NCBI GenBank assembly: GCA_029252625.1
Contig: JAQXBA010000021.1
Coordinates: 25,067-89,066, forward strand
Reading direction: 5' to 3'
DNA: 64,000 nt
Origin: Opitutia bacterium
GTDB taxonomy: Bacteria > Verrucomicrobiota > Verrucomicrobiia > Opitutales > Coraliomargaritaceae
Part shown: positions 51,278 to 64,000 of the stretch, piece by piece
Layout: each line of letters begins with the position of its first letter
Position numbering within the stretch: position 1 is the stretch's first letter
The notes under the pieces: generated by a model
Told to the model about the DNA's origin: nothing
Seen by the model: only the letters and a program-made list of their open reading frames with translations
The model's database searches: none
Position numbers and translations under genes: made by a program

Positions 51278-51727
51278 ATGACTGCCCTGACAGATTGGAT
51301 ACAACGCAAGGAACAACTGCTACAGCTGCTCGGCAGCCTCTCGCTGCTCCTACTTACACTCACCCTCGCCGCTCTGGTGCTGGTAGTGATCACCCTGCCC
51401 GATAATTACTTCACTCGCGATCATCGCGCTCCGACCAGCCTCACACACCCACATCCACTACCCTGGCGAGGGTTATCACTGCTAAAAAATCTACTCGGCA
51501 TCCTCTTTATTTTCCTTGGAATAGCGCTGCTGGTCCTGCCCGGGCAAGGCGCACTCACCATCCTGGTCGGTCTGACACTAACCAACTTCCCCGGTAAATA
51601 TCGCCTCGAACGGCGCATGATGCGCCAATCGGTGATCCATAAATCGCTCAACAAAATCCGCACCATGGCGAATAAGCCGCCACTAAAAGTACCAGTGCAG
51701 CAAACGCCGGTAGCAAATCGACGATAA
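51278..51727 (+). CDS. PGPGW-domain membrane protein
   Basis: GIALLVLPGQGALTILVGL (a PGPGW-like motif) followed by FPGKYRLE. Confidence 0.75.
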   Translation: MTALTDWIQRKEQLLQLLGSLSLLLLTLTLAALVLVVITLPDNYFTRDHRAPTSLTHPHPLPWRGLSLLKNLLGILFIFLGIALLVLPGQGALTILVGLTLTNFPGKYRLERRMMRQSVIHKSLNKIRTMANKPPLKVPVQQTPVANRR

Positions 51728-51751
51728 AAATATTGGCAGCTCCATTTTAGC

Positions 51752-52006
51752 TTCATCGTCGATTAGCGGGGAAGGCATTGATATATGTTGGGACCGTTGA
51801 ATGTGCTTTTTGCTCTTGGGAGGGACGACCTCCGTGTCGTCCGATACCGATGCGTGAGAGTCTGACAGGATGATCAGCTCTTGGAGACTTCTAGATTTCC
51901 ATGCGGCTTCTAAAGTGCTCGTGGTCGACACGGAGGTCGACCCTCCCCGGCAAAATAGCCGCTCCATTAGGCGGAGATTAGTATCTCCCCAGTAATCGAC
52001 GAAGAA
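51752..52006. mobile_element. MITE/REPIN-like element, intact copy B (255 bp)
   Basis: Perfect 12-bp direct repeat CTCCATTTTAGC at 51740-51751 and 52007-52018. The 21-bp terminal inverted repeats match at 18/21. It carries an internal inverted REP pair at 51818-51842 and 51923-51947. Confidence 0.85.
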
Positions 52007-52031
52007 CTCCATTTTAGCCCTGCAGCGTGAA

Positions 52032-52469
52032 TTAGCTGTGATTGTCACAGTCTTTACACACGCCGTAAACTTCCATTACGTGCGTAATCTGCGAGTAACC
52101 ATGCGCCTTTGCCCGCCCAAGCACTTCTTTGCCGACGCAGAGGTCCAAGCGCTCGGCTTGATGGCACTCGCGACAAATTAGATGATGGTAATGCTCGCCG
52201 GGAGCAGTCAGCTCGAAAAGTTGTGTGCCATTTTCTAGCGGGATGCGTTGAACGGCACCGATGCCATGCAGTGCCTCCAAGTTGCGATACACTGTCACGA
52301 GGTCAGTTTCCGCTAGCCCTGCGCTCTGCCGAATTTTGTCCGCACTCGCTGGATGGTCGAATTGGGTTAAGGCTCGGACGATACGGATTCGCTTTTGGGT
52401 GATTCGCCCCCCCTCTGCACGCATCCGCTCGAGGATGGTCTCTATCAAACTGTCGGGGGCAGAATTCAT
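52032..52469 (-). CDS. Fur/Zur/PerR-family transcriptional regulator
   Basis: RITQKR, LVTVYRNL, HYHHLICRECH and YGVCKDC (two CxxC motifs). The start was moved to the ATG at 52469. Confidence 0.9.
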   Translation of the reverse strand: MNSAPDSLIETILERMRAEGGRITQKRIRIVRALTQFDHPASADKIRQSAGLAETDLVTVYRNLEALHGIGAVQRIPLENGTQLFELTAPGEHYHHLICRECHQAERLDLCVGKEVLGRAKAHGYSQITHVMEVYGVCKDCDNHS

Positions 52470-52510
52470 GGTAACTATACTGCTAGGACTGCATTCAGGT
52501 TCAAGTTCAT

Positions 52511-52729
52511 TCACTCCCCATATTGTGCTACACTGCAATCTGTCAGTGCGGTCACCGAAGGAAAATAAGTTGGGTTTGCCATTGTAATGTAGACTTAAGC
52601 ATTTGCTGAACCCAGCGTATTTGAGTGGTAATGAGCCCACATATCAATGCCGCCTATAAGTAGACAGAATATGAACGGAATTTATATGCCCACCAGGATC
52701 CCTTTTGAATGAAATATATTCTCTTCCAT
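52511..52729 (-). pseudogene. Possible decayed small membrane or exported protein gene (or a 15-aa peptide)
   Basis: Perfect AAGGAGG 7 nt before the ATG at 52729. The frame reads MEENIFHSKGILVGI*IPFIFCLLIGGIDMWAHYHSNTLGSANA*VYITMANPTYFPSVTALTDCSVAQYGE*. Confidence 0.3.
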
Positions 52730-52763
52730 TATGTTTCCTCCTTAAGTTTAAAAGGCCCTCATA

Positions 52764-54113
52764 CTAGCCCAGCACAACCACCGCGATCGAAAAGTAGATG
52801 ATCAAACCGAGCACATCCATCACAGAGGTGATCAATGGGCTACTCGCTGCTGCGGGATCGACGTTTAAGCGACTCAGCGCAAACGGTAACAAGGCACCGA
52901 AGCTATTCGCCACAAATACGATCGCGATCATGCTCAAGCCCACAATCCAAGCGATGTGACTGTCTCCGCCATAAAGCTGACTGACGACACCGGCGATCAC
53001 CGCCATCGCAATTCCAAGTAAAACTCCAACAAACAGCTCTTTACCAACAGCCATCAGCCAGTCACTCAATTCGAGATCTCCAGTAGCAATCGCACGCACC
53101 ATCAAAGTGGCCGATTGTGCGCCGCAATTACCACCACTCGCAATCACCAGCGGCATAAAGAGCGCCAAAGTAATGAACTCGAGCACAAATTCCTCGTAAC
53201 TAGAAATCACACTCGCCGAAATCAAATTGACGAAAATCAACACCAGCAGCCAGCCAATACGTTTGCGAAAGAGCTGAGCAGGTGATGCCACACTATAGCG
53301 CGTCTCCAACGGCGCAACCGCCGCACCCTTCTGAATATCTTCGGTGGCTTCTTCTTCGGCCACGTCCAAAATATCATCCACTGTGACAATCCCGAGCAAT
53401 ACACCCTCTGAATCGACCACGGGCAAGGCATTGACGTCGTAACGCTGAATCATCTCCACCGCCACTTCGCGGTCGTCATACGCTGAAATACTTACGCAAT
53501 TATAGTTCAACATCTCCTGAATCAGCGTAGCCGGATTGGTCATGATCAGTCGACGTATACGTACAATATCCATCAACTTCCCGCTAGCATCAGTCACGTA
53601 GAGAATGTTGAAAATCTCAGAGTCGCGGCCAAATTTGCGAATATGCGTCAGCGCCTGTTCACAGGTCCACTCCGCGCGAATGCGCAAATAGTCTGGTGTC
53701 ATCAGACGCCCAACACTCTCCTCTGGATAACCCAACAACTGACGCGACTCAGCCAAATCCTCAGGGCTCAAGAGCTGCATCAGCCGGCGGGTCACGGTCG
53801 CTGGCAGTTCTTCAAGCATCGCCGTTCTGTCATCAGGACTTAGGTCGGCCAACAATGCACGCGTATCTGCATCAGTCAGCGCGGCTAATACATCGTCTTG
53901 GTCCTCTGGCTCAAAATAGGCAAACACATCAGCAGCACGCTCACGAGGCAATGCGCGATAGACCAGAACTTGATGGGGTTTGTCTAGGCGCAGGATCAAA
54001 TCACCGACTTCTGGATTCGCCCAGGAAGTCAAAGACTCAGAAAGCGCCTTTAATTGGCCCTTTTTAACAAGTGCCTCGACCTCCGAGTCTGTAACTGTGT
54101 TTTCTTCTCGCAT
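52764..54113 (-). CDS. mgtE: Magnesium transporter MgtE
   Basis: MgtE_N domain, [17 protein letters not shown] pair, [26 protein letters not shown]. Confidence 0.96.
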   Translation of the reverse strand: MREENTVTDSEVEALVKKGQLKALSESLTSWANPEVGDLILRLDKPHQVLVYRALPRERAADVFAYFEPEDQDDVLAALTDADTRALLADLSPDDRTAMLEELPATVTRRLMQLLSPEDLAESRQLLGYPEESVGRLMTPDYLRIRAEWTCEQALTHIRKFGRDSEIFNILYVTDASGKLMDIVRIRRLIMTNPATLIQEMLNYNCVSISAYDDREVAVEMIQRYDVNALPVVDSEGVLLGIVTVDDILDVAEEEATEDIQKGAAVAPLETRYSVASPAQLFRKRIGWLLVLIFVNLISASVISSYEEFVLEFITLALFMPLVIASGGNCGAQSATLMVRAIATGDLELSDWLMAVGKELFVGVLLGIAMAVIAGVVSQLYGGDSHIAWIVGLSMIAIVFVANSFGALLPFALSRLNVDPAAASSPLITSVMDVLGLIIYFSIAVVVLG

Positions 54114-54170
54114 CCAACCTTTGGTAATAGAAGCCCCACCCGCAGAGTAAAGCCGCGAAATCTCAACTGA

Positions 54171-54512
54171 CTACTTTTTCACCGCACGCTCGCAACCATA
54201 CTGCTCCAATAAATCAGCCACTAGACTCGGCAAATGCGACAAATTGGCACCCGTACCCGCTGACGCGACCGCACAAGACACGTAGCCGACATTGTCGCTA
54301 ATCGGTAATTTCAAGCTACGCTCCTCCAGCCATTGATTCAACACGAGCAAGGCCTCCATCCAGTCGCATAGCGAGAAATCACTCTCATCGACCTCTTCCA
54401 GCAAGGCTCGCTGCAAGTCATCTGCACCTGTGAAATGTGCTTCTAAATATGCGAGTACACTGGGTGTGTCTGCAAACTGCTCCCAACACTTGCTTGTTTC
54501 AAATTCTGGCAT
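54171..54512 (-). CDS. Hypothetical acidic helical protein
   Basis: A 113-aa ORF that fills the gap upstream of mgtE in the same orientation; no family recognised. Confidence 0.6.
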   Translation of the reverse strand: MPEFETSKCWEQFADTPSVLAYLEAHFTGADDLQRALLEEVDESDFSLCDWMEALLVLNQWLEERSLKLPISDNVGYVSCAVASAGTGANLSHLPSLVADLLEQYGCERAVKK

Positions 54513-54648
54513 CTGCCGATTTGTGTCAGCAAAAGGCGTTCGAGACAAATTGATTGCGCTGGTTTTTATCGATTAAATTCGCTCACTTCGTGATTTCTAG
54601 CGCTTGAGTCTTGCTCATAGCGCATTCAACCCTTGGCTGTAGGATATT

Positions 54649-55110
54649 ATGCGCACCATTCGCACAGCTGCCAGAGCCCTCATTGTCCTAGAAGGCAAAC
54701 TACTCGCCATCAAAATGCGCGATCAGTCTGGCGTGTTTTACATCCTACCTGGGGGCGGACAGCGGCACGGCGAGACCTTATCTGAATGCCTCCAACGCGA
54801 ATGCCTCGAAGAAATCGGCACCGCTGTGGACGTCGGCGAATTCCTGTATCTGCGTGAATACGTCGGTAAAAACCACGAATTCCGCCATGCGCACCGCAGT
54901 TTTCATCAAGTCGAGAGCGTGTTTCGCTGCTCACTGCCAAATCCGAACGGTATCGGCCCTGGCACCGAGCACGACAAAAAGCAAATCGGTGTCGAATGGA
55001 TCCCACTCGACGAACTGGACACCCGCCGCTTCCTACCTGAGGTGATTAAGCCCTTTTTCACCACAGATAGCTTTGAGCCGAGTTCGAATTATCTGGGGGA
55101 TGTTAACTGA
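54649..55110 (+). CDS. NUDIX hydrolase
   Basis: Nudix box [25 protein letters not shown]. Confidence 0.92.
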   Translation: MRTIRTAARALIVLEGKLLAIKMRDQSGVFYILPGGGQRHGETLSECLQRECLEEIGTAVDVGEFLYLREYVGKNHEFRHAHRSFHQVESVFRCSLPNPNGIGPGTEHDKKQIGVEWIPLDELDTRRFLPEVIKPFFTTDSFEPSSNYLGDVN

Positions 55111-55245
55111 GTGCATGGCATCACAATTGATGTGGCCAGGCGCAACAGTATGAAGGTGAGAATGTAACTTTCGTTTACGACTTTTGACACCTTTTCACAG
55201 TAACACCTTTCCACTCTTCCACCTTTACTGCCTTCCCACTCTCAC

Positions 55246-56499
<1,254 letters not shown>

Positions 56500-56586
56500 T
56501 CTTAAAAACGATCCACACACTCACACCAACCTGCAGCAGCGACCAGAGCACGGGATCCCCAATTAAACCAGGGACACCCAAAACCA

Positions 56587-58326
<1,740 letters not shown>

Positions 58327-58404
58327 ACTTTCCAATACCGCACGTCGACTGATAAGAACACTCAAGATCTGACCTTCGGCACAGGATTTGCATCTACGCA
58401 GTTT

Positions 58405-59589
58405 ATGAAAATCCTCGCTGTATTCGATAAGTTCAAAGACTCCATGACCGCTGTCGCGGCATGTGCAGCAGCTAGTTCTGGCGCACGCCAAGCGCTGGGT
58501 AATATCGCGCACATCACTCAAGCACCACTGACCGATGGCGGCGAAGGCTTTTGTAGTATTCTAACAAATGCCGCAAATGGTTTCATTCAAACACATACCG
58601 TCTGCGGCGCACTCGGAGCGGATCTCAAAGCACCCTTAGGCTGGGTGAACAGCACTGCATTGCCCACTGCAGTGCGTGAGCGATTCGACCTTCCTCTGGG
58701 CAAGGTCGCGATTATCGAAATGGCTGCTGCTGCAGGCCTAGAACAAGTGCCTGCGGAGCTCCGACACCCAAAACGTTGCACCACTTACGGAGTGGGAGAG
58801 CTAATTCGAATTGCAGCCGCAGAAGGTGCGGATGCGATTTTTATTGGGATCGGCGGCAGTGCCACCAGCGACCTTGGGCTCGGCCTTCTGCAAGCACTAG
58901 GCTTAGAGTTCATCGATTCAAACGGTCACGCCATTGAACGCATCCTCCCAGACAACTGGCCACAGGTCACCTGTATCTCAGGCAGTCTCAAAATCGTCAC
59001 GCCTCCGATTTTCATCGCGTGCGATGTCGATAATCCACTACTCGGCCCACGTGGAGCCGCAGCAATCTATGGCTCTCAGAAAGGCTTACTCGCAGACGAA
59101 CTGGAAAGCTACGAGCGAGAATCTGCTCGCATCGCCTCGATGCTCAGTGCATACTTCAAGCAATCTGATGCACTCCGCGATTCACCAGGGAGCGGCGCGG
59201 CCGGTGGCATCGGCTTTGGCCTTAATGTGGCCTGCGGCAGCCAATACGTCGCGGGCTTCGAGCTTGTAAGCTCTTGGCTTGACCTAGAGAGCAAGATCGC
59301 TGCAGCCGATCTAATCCTCACCGGAGAGGGCAAGATCGACCTCAGCTCACTAAACGGCAAAGGCCCCTACGCACTCGCAACTGCCGCCAATCTTGCCCAT
59401 AAACCAGTTATACTCTTAGCGGGTTGCATCGAAGCGCCAGCAGCTGAACAACTGCACCGAGAGTTCTCCAATTGCACCATTGCAGCCATTACCCCCGAAG
59501 GCTGCCCACTCCCACAGGCACTCGCAGAAGGCCCAGACAATTTACAAAAAAAAACCGCGCAAGTCCTGCAGCAACAGACTCAACAATGA
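58405..59589 (+). CDS. Glycerate kinase (GlxK/GarK family)
   Basis: DKFKDSM, PLTDGGEG, IGIGGSATSDLG, CDVDNPLLG, GSGAAGGIG, TGEGKID. Confidence 0.93.
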   Translation: MKILAVFDKFKDSMTAVAACAAASSGARQALGNIAHITQAPLTDGGEGFCSILTNAANGFIQTHTVCGALGADLKAPLGWVNSTALPTAVRERFDLPLGKVAIIEMAAAAGLEQVPAELRHPKRCTTYGVGELIRIAAAEGADAIFIGIGGSATSDLGLGLLQALGLEFIDSNGHAIERILPDNWPQVTCISGSLKIVTPPIFIACDVDNPLLGPRGAAAIYGSQKGLLADELESYERESARIASMLSAYFKQSDALRDSPGSGAAGGIGFGLNVACGSQYVAGFELVSSWLDLESKIAAADLILTGEGKIDLSSLNGKGPYALATAANLAHKPVILLAGCIEAPAAEQLHREFSNCTIAAITPEGCPLPQALAEGPDNLQKKTAQVLQQQTQQ

Positions 59590-60245
59590 CCATTGAAGAG
59601 CATGAACTAAGAGAGATACGAACTCGGCGAATCCGTCGAGTTAAGCGCTGGCTTAGGCACTTACCGCGCCGCTCCAACATACATCGCTACCCCATACTCT
59701 GGCGCTTTTCCATCGGTGCGCGCAAACGCATTTATCTCTGGAGCTTTCGCGTCGAGAACGCGGTGCCCGCACTCTACGCAGGCTTCATTCTCGCACTCAT
59801 GCCACTCTACGGCATTCAGATTCCGATCGCACTTTGCCTAGCCCTTTTTTTGCGGGCAAATCTACCGATTCTCGTCGGATTACAAATGCTCTCCAACCCA
59901 CTCACGATATTGCCGTTCTGGTATGCCGCCTATCAAGTCGGCAGCAGCGTGCTCCGCATCGTCAGCATTGAAACACGGCCACTAGGCCAACACGATGTTA
60001 GAGCCATAGTGCATAATTTCAAACACGGTGAGTGGAGCAGCAATATTGAACCGCTGTTGGCCAACTTCAGCATTATGTGCCTCGGTGGCATCGTCATGGG
60101 GGTCTTTTTCGGCCTGATCTTTAGCTATGCCTATCGCTTCACAGCCAAACGAACCGCCGCAAGCTATGCACTTTTGATTCACAAGATCCACGACCGTAAA
60201 GCGCGTAAATCAGCCCTCCCTACCGACCCAGACTCCAATGTTTAA
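59586..60245 (+). CDS. DUF2062-family membrane protein
   Basis: [14 protein letters not shown]...LRANLP...[12 protein letters not shown]. The start was moved to the ATG at 59586, which overlaps the upstream stop. Confidence 0.8.
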   Translation: MTIEEHELREIRTRRIRRVKRWLRHLPRRSNIHRYPILWRFSIGARKRIYLWSFRVENAVPALYAGFILALMPLYGIQIPIALCLALFLRANLPILVGLQMLSNPLTILPFWYAAYQVGSSVLRIVSIETRPLGQHDVRAIVHNFKHGEWSSNIEPLLANFSIMCLGGIVMGVFFGLIFSYAYRFTAKRTAASYALLIHKIHDRKARKSALPTDPDSNV

Positions 60246-61479
60246 TTTCCTTCGCCTCCTCCCGATCGCTCTCCTAGCAAGCTCTACGCTCATCTCACAA
60301 GCTGAACGTATCTCCCTTGGCATCGACACACTGCAACAATCTGGGTTTCGCGCCATCGCAGGCAAACGAGTCGGGCTGCTTACCCATCCAGCTGGCGTTA
60401 ACCGTGATGGCGTCAGTACTATCGACGTGCTGCGCCGCGCACAGAATGTGAAACTCGTTGCTCTGTTCGGCCCAGAGCACGGCATTTACGGCAACGAAAA
60501 GGCCAACGTGCCAGTCGACAACAAGATCGATCCACGCACCCAGCTCCCCGTCTACTCGCTGTACGGCAAATATCGCAAGCCATCCGCTCAGATGCTGCGC
60601 GGGCTCGATGCGCTTATTATCGACCTTCAAGACGTCGGCGTGCGCTCTTACACTTACGTCAGTTGCATGCGCTATGCGATGGAAGCTTGCTTTGAAAATG
60701 GCGTCGAAGTTGTCGTGCTCGACCGCCCAAACCCGCTTGGCGGCCTGAAAGTTGACGGTCCTCCGCTCGACCGCAAATGGCGCAGCTACGTCGGTGCCTT
60801 CCAAGTTCCCTACGTTCATGGCTTAACCATAGGTGAGCTAGCACAAATCGCAAAGTATACATCCGGCAGTATGGATGTGACCGACAAAGTGCGCCAGCAA
60901 GGGAAGCTCACTGTAATCAAGATGCGTGGCTGGCGGCGCGATATGCTGTGGCCACAAACAGGGCTCAAATGGGTGCCGACCTCGCCTTATATTCCCAACC
61001 TCTCAGCCGTTCTCGGCTATGCAATGACAGGGCTCGGAGCGCAAGTCGGAGGCTTCTCGCATGGCATCGGCACTCCCTATCCCTTTCGCTTACTTCGTTA
61101 CAAAGGTAAATCCGCACTTCAAGTGCAACAAGCACTCAGCGCACAGCACATCCCAGGCATAAACTTTCGCATCCTCCGCACCAAAACCAAATCTGGCGCA
61201 AGCGTCGAAGGCGTATATGTTAGTGTCAGCGATTGGACCAAAGTACGCCCCACCGAAATTAGTTTTTATATGATGCAAATCACCGCGGCATGGACGTCGG
61301 GCAATCCCTTCGCGAATGCAAAGAACCCCGCCTTATTTAACAAGCACGTCGGTAGTACCGCGTGGTGGAATGAAATCAGCCAACGTGGCGCTCAGGCCAG
61401 AACCAAAGACTTCGTGAACAGATGGACCGCGCAGGCTCAAGCCTTTCAACGCAGCCACATCCAATTCCGCCTCTATTAG
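60238..61479 (+). CDS. DUF1343/NamZ-family exo-beta-N-acetylmuramidase, exported
   Basis: Signal peptide, [55 protein letters not shown]. Confidence 0.9.
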   Translation: MFNFLRLLPIALLASSTLISQAERISLGIDTLQQSGFRAIAGKRVGLLTHPAGVNRDGVSTIDVLRRAQNVKLVALFGPEHGIYGNEKANVPVDNKIDPRTQLPVYSLYGKYRKPSAQMLRGLDALIIDLQDVGVRSYTYVSCMRYAMEACFENGVEVVVLDRPNPLGGLKVDGPPLDRKWRSYVGAFQVPYVHGLTIGELAQIAKYTSGSMDVTDKVRQQGKLTVIKMRGWRRDMLWPQTGLKWVPTSPYIPNLSAVLGYAMTGLGAQVGGFSHGIGTPYPFRLLRYKGKSALQVQQALSAQHIPGINFRILRTKTKSGASVEGVYVSVSDWTKVRPTEISFYMMQITAAWTSGNPFANAKNPALFNKHVGSTAWWNEISQRGAQARTKDFVNRWTAQAQAFQRSHIQFRLY

Positions 61480-61615
61480 CTGATTTAGAATTCTCAGACT
61501 TTCGTGTTAACTGAGACACCGCACCAACAACCTCCAGCAATTAGAGGACATAGCCGACAATCTGTGCACCTTAAATACCACACACGAAGTGAAACAAACT
61601 GGCGGATGAAGTGAC

Positions 61616-63967
61616 TCATTCTTGTGGATAAAACAAAATCCGATCATGCACTAACAAAGCAAAATCGAGTTTTCCATCGCCAGTCAAATCTGCAATCACC
61701 ACCTCGCGCGGCTCCACATTACTACCTGTGCGCCCTTGGTAATGTAAGTTCTGTTCAAACACTTCCCAGAAGACGCAGCTCTGCCAATCGAGTTCATGCT
61801 TCACGAGAATCTCTAGTACATGGCTCTGGCCATCCACCGCGAGTAAATCGAAACGACCATCTTGATTAAAATCAGCTCCTTCTACAAAACTGTAATGCAC
61901 GTCTTCAAGATTCGTCTCGAAGCTTTCCTCAAGGATCCGCTTCCATAGCTTTGCCTCTGCAGGCACACGCCAGAAGCGATCTTCCCCTGCAAAAATATAC
62001 TCCGGTGCCCCTTTAGTCTCCTCTAACTGATACCATTCACTTAGATTAATCTTCCCAGCATCGACCGTTGTACAATATCGAAAAACACCATCCTGGTCAC
62101 GCTCGAGGACTTGGAATTCTCCGGCAGCCGCTATGTAAAAAAACAACTGCTGCACCGTACCGTCTTGATCCGATGGGATCACAGCCGACACCACATCGTC
62201 TCCTCGCAGGGCATTAAACTGATCCACCATTTCGAGCATATCATGTTTCACTCGCAGCGCTCGAGCATAGCCGGATCGACCGACGACAAGCTCATTATTC
62301 CCATCTCCATCGACATCAAATATACTGACCTGCGCGGGCTGTATATCTTTCAACAAGCTCTCTCGAATCGTCGATGCCTGCGCCACTTCCTTAAGCACTA
62401 CACCATCCACCGCTTCTGGAAATAATAGCACGGGTGCCTCACGTGGCACAAAGATCATCAGCCCACTACGGTTGCCATCAAACACCGCCACTTCACGGAT
62501 CTCAAACGGCTTACGTTTGACCCCAGTCAGCGGAGTGCGGGAAAGTACAACCCAACTTGAATCAGTATTTTTCCGATTCTCAGGGCGAGCCAGCGTTAAT
62601 GCCATCTCGCCCTTCAGTTCGCTGACTAATGCCAACTCATCGTAGCCATCACCGTCCAAATCCACTGCTTCACAGACCAATGGTTCTCCTTCTCCAATTA
62701 AAAGCTGCCGCGGAAATGAAAGTCTCCCTCCCCGATCCATCTGGCTCAATCCGATTGTCTTCTCACCAGCACTCACCACCACCACAGCAGCTCGGTTATT
62801 TTTAAAAAAGAGCCCACTGGCGATCGAGGATATTTCCGAAAACGACGGAAAAGTTTGGGGCGAATCGAACTGGCCCGAATTCTTCAAGAACAGTACCAAC
62901 TCAGCACTAGCAGGATTTGCGACCAGTAAATCCTCTTGCCCGTCGCCACTCAAATCACCGAGCGCATAGCTCGCGGCCATACGCCCTTTTTTGAAAATCG
63001 GGTAAATCTCCGCTTGCGCGGCTGGAAAACCGTTGACCTCCGGCACTGCCTCCACCTGTGTGAGGCGGAAAAAATCCACCCCACCACTGCGCGAATCAAC
63101 CGAACAAAAAGACCGCCCAGTACCCTCAACTTGGGGCATCGCACGTACCCCACGCACAGGCCGTTCAAAAACAAACCGCCGCTCGGGCCCAAATCCACCA
63201 TCACTTAATTGCTCTCTGAATGCCAGCGACTGATTCCCATTCGCGGAAATATAGAGCACATCCTTACGCCCATCGTCCGTCACATCTTCCAGCAATAAAT
63301 TAAACGGATTCTCCCCCGTCACATAATACACCGCCGCCTCATCGAGATGACCATGTGAATCCTGGCGAAAAACTCGCAACGCATCCGCCGCAACGACGAC
63401 CAGCTCGGCCCTCCCATCGCCATCCACATCTGTAATCCGAACGGTGCCCGTCCATCCCAAGGCCTCGAAATCATCGAACACATGCGTGTCCGCCCAGAGC
63501 CCCGCATCATTTTGATAGCGTACTGTCAGTGGCACCTCCCTAGCAGTATAGGCTAGATCATCGCGGCCATCACCATTCAAATCCCCTACCGACAAGTCAA
63601 AAACTGGAAAGCCAATCGTTATCGATTCACTCTCGAAGCGAGCATTCTCAAGCTTCGGTTCCCAACGATTACGATTCAAGCGTGTCTTGCCACTCGACTC
63701 TGGCGCATCTTTTGCCAACTGATAAAAGATCTCAATCTGTGCGGTATCATTGTTGATCACGACTAAATCGCTCAACTCATCCTGGTTCACATCACTGACA
63801 TTGAGCGCCCGCGTGCCCCAATCCAACTTCAGCACCTCTGGTCCTGAAAACGAAAACGACGCTACCTCTGCACACCCAAGCGCACAGGTCATCAACCAGC
63901 CACTTAAATAAAAGACACCGCGCCTCACACCTTGCAAACCTTCCCATCGATTCCATTTAGCACTCAT
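61616..63967 (-). CDS. FG-GAP/VCBS-repeat beta-propeller protein, probably exported
   Basis: At least 7 DxNxDGxxD Ca-binding repeats (DVNQDELSD, DLNGDGRDD, DVDGDGRAE, DLSGDGQED, DLDGDGYDE, DFNQDGRFD, DLTGDGKLD). Confidence 0.85.
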   Translation of the reverse strand: MSAKWNRWEGLQGVRRGVFYLSGWLMTCALGCAEVASFSFSGPEVLKLDWGTRALNVSDVNQDELSDLVVINNDTAQIEIFYQLAKDAPESSGKTRLNRNRWEPKLENARFESESITIGFPVFDLSVGDLNGDGRDDLAYTAREVPLTVRYQNDAGLWADTHVFDDFEALGWTGTVRITDVDGDGRAELVVVAADALRVFRQDSHGHLDEAAVYYVTGENPFNLLLEDVTDDGRKDVLYISANGNQSLAFREQLSDGGFGPERRFVFERPVRGVRAMPQVEGTGRSFCSVDSRSGGVDFFRLTQVEAVPEVNGFPAAQAEIYPIFKKGRMAASYALGDLSGDGQEDLLVANPASAELVLFLKNSGQFDSPQTFPSFSEISSIASGLFFKNNRAAVVVVSAGEKTIGLSQMDRGGRLSFPRQLLIGEGEPLVCEAVDLDGDGYDELALVSELKGEMALTLARPENRKNTDSSWVVLSRTPLTGVKRKPFEIREVAVFDGNRSGLMIFVPREAPVLLFPEAVDGVVLKEVAQASTIRESLLKDIQPAQVSIFDVDGDGNNELVVGRSGYARALRVKHDMLEMVDQFNALRGDDVVSAVIPSDQDGTVQQLFFYIAAAGEFQVLERDQDGVFRYCTTVDAGKINLSEWYQLEETKGAPEYIFAGEDRFWRVPAEAKLWKRILEESFETNLEDVHYSFVEGADFNQDGRFDLLAVDGQSHVLEILVKHELDWQSCVFWEVFEQNLHYQGRTGSNVEPREVVIADLTGDGKLDFALLVHDRILFYPQE

Positions 63968-64000
63968 TATTCACCTTCACTTTTGATAATTAATGTGCGC

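Noticed and set aside
49455-52018. CRISPR array or composite transposon formed by the repeats here
   Set aside because: There are no regularly spaced repeats or cas genes. The two MITE copies each have their own, different target duplication, so they are independent insertions.
59546-59554. A9 homopolymer as a phase-variation tract in glycerate kinase
   Set aside because: It lies in the last 12 codons, the gene is in frame, and slippage would barely change the protein.

Overview
A 64-kb chromosomal window from a bacterium that is most likely Verrucomicrobiota, order Opitutales (Coraliomargarita/Puniceicoccaceae-like). That assignment is inferred from protein style and gene order and was not checked by search. 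Positions 6.7-38.9 kb hold the core translation/transcription supercluster on the minus strand: tRNA-Thr, tuf, tRNA-Trp, secE, nusG, rplKAJL, rpoBC, rpsLG, fusA, rpsJ, the S10 and spc genes, secY, map, and the alpha genes. To its left are smc (partial), a LOG-family gene, envelope genes, a rhomboid protease and an AsmA-like gene. To its right are serA-plsY-hom-lysC, then an accessory stretch (two CPWC glutaredoxins, glgM/glgA-glgE, a MazG-like pyrophosphatase, a PGPGW protein, a Fur-family regulator, mgtE), a rodA-RNase G/E-glycerate kinase-DUF2062-NamZ-like operon and an FG-GAP repeat protein. No rRNA, CRISPR array or transposase was seen. The strongest unannotated signals are: (1) two paralogous ~76-nt candidate sRNA genes, each with an ECF/sigmaE-type promoter, a shared GU-rich seed and a GAAA-tetraloop terminator; (2) a ~255-bp REP-carrying MITE in two copies with terminal inverted repeats and 10-12-bp target duplications; (3) a secreted or lipoprotein gene wedged between rpsS and rplV; (4) a three-way RNA junction before rplL that resembles the 23S GTPase-centre fold; (5) loss of all four Cys of the second Zn site of RNA polymerase beta'; and (6) an EF-Tu with a rewritten switch-I motif.
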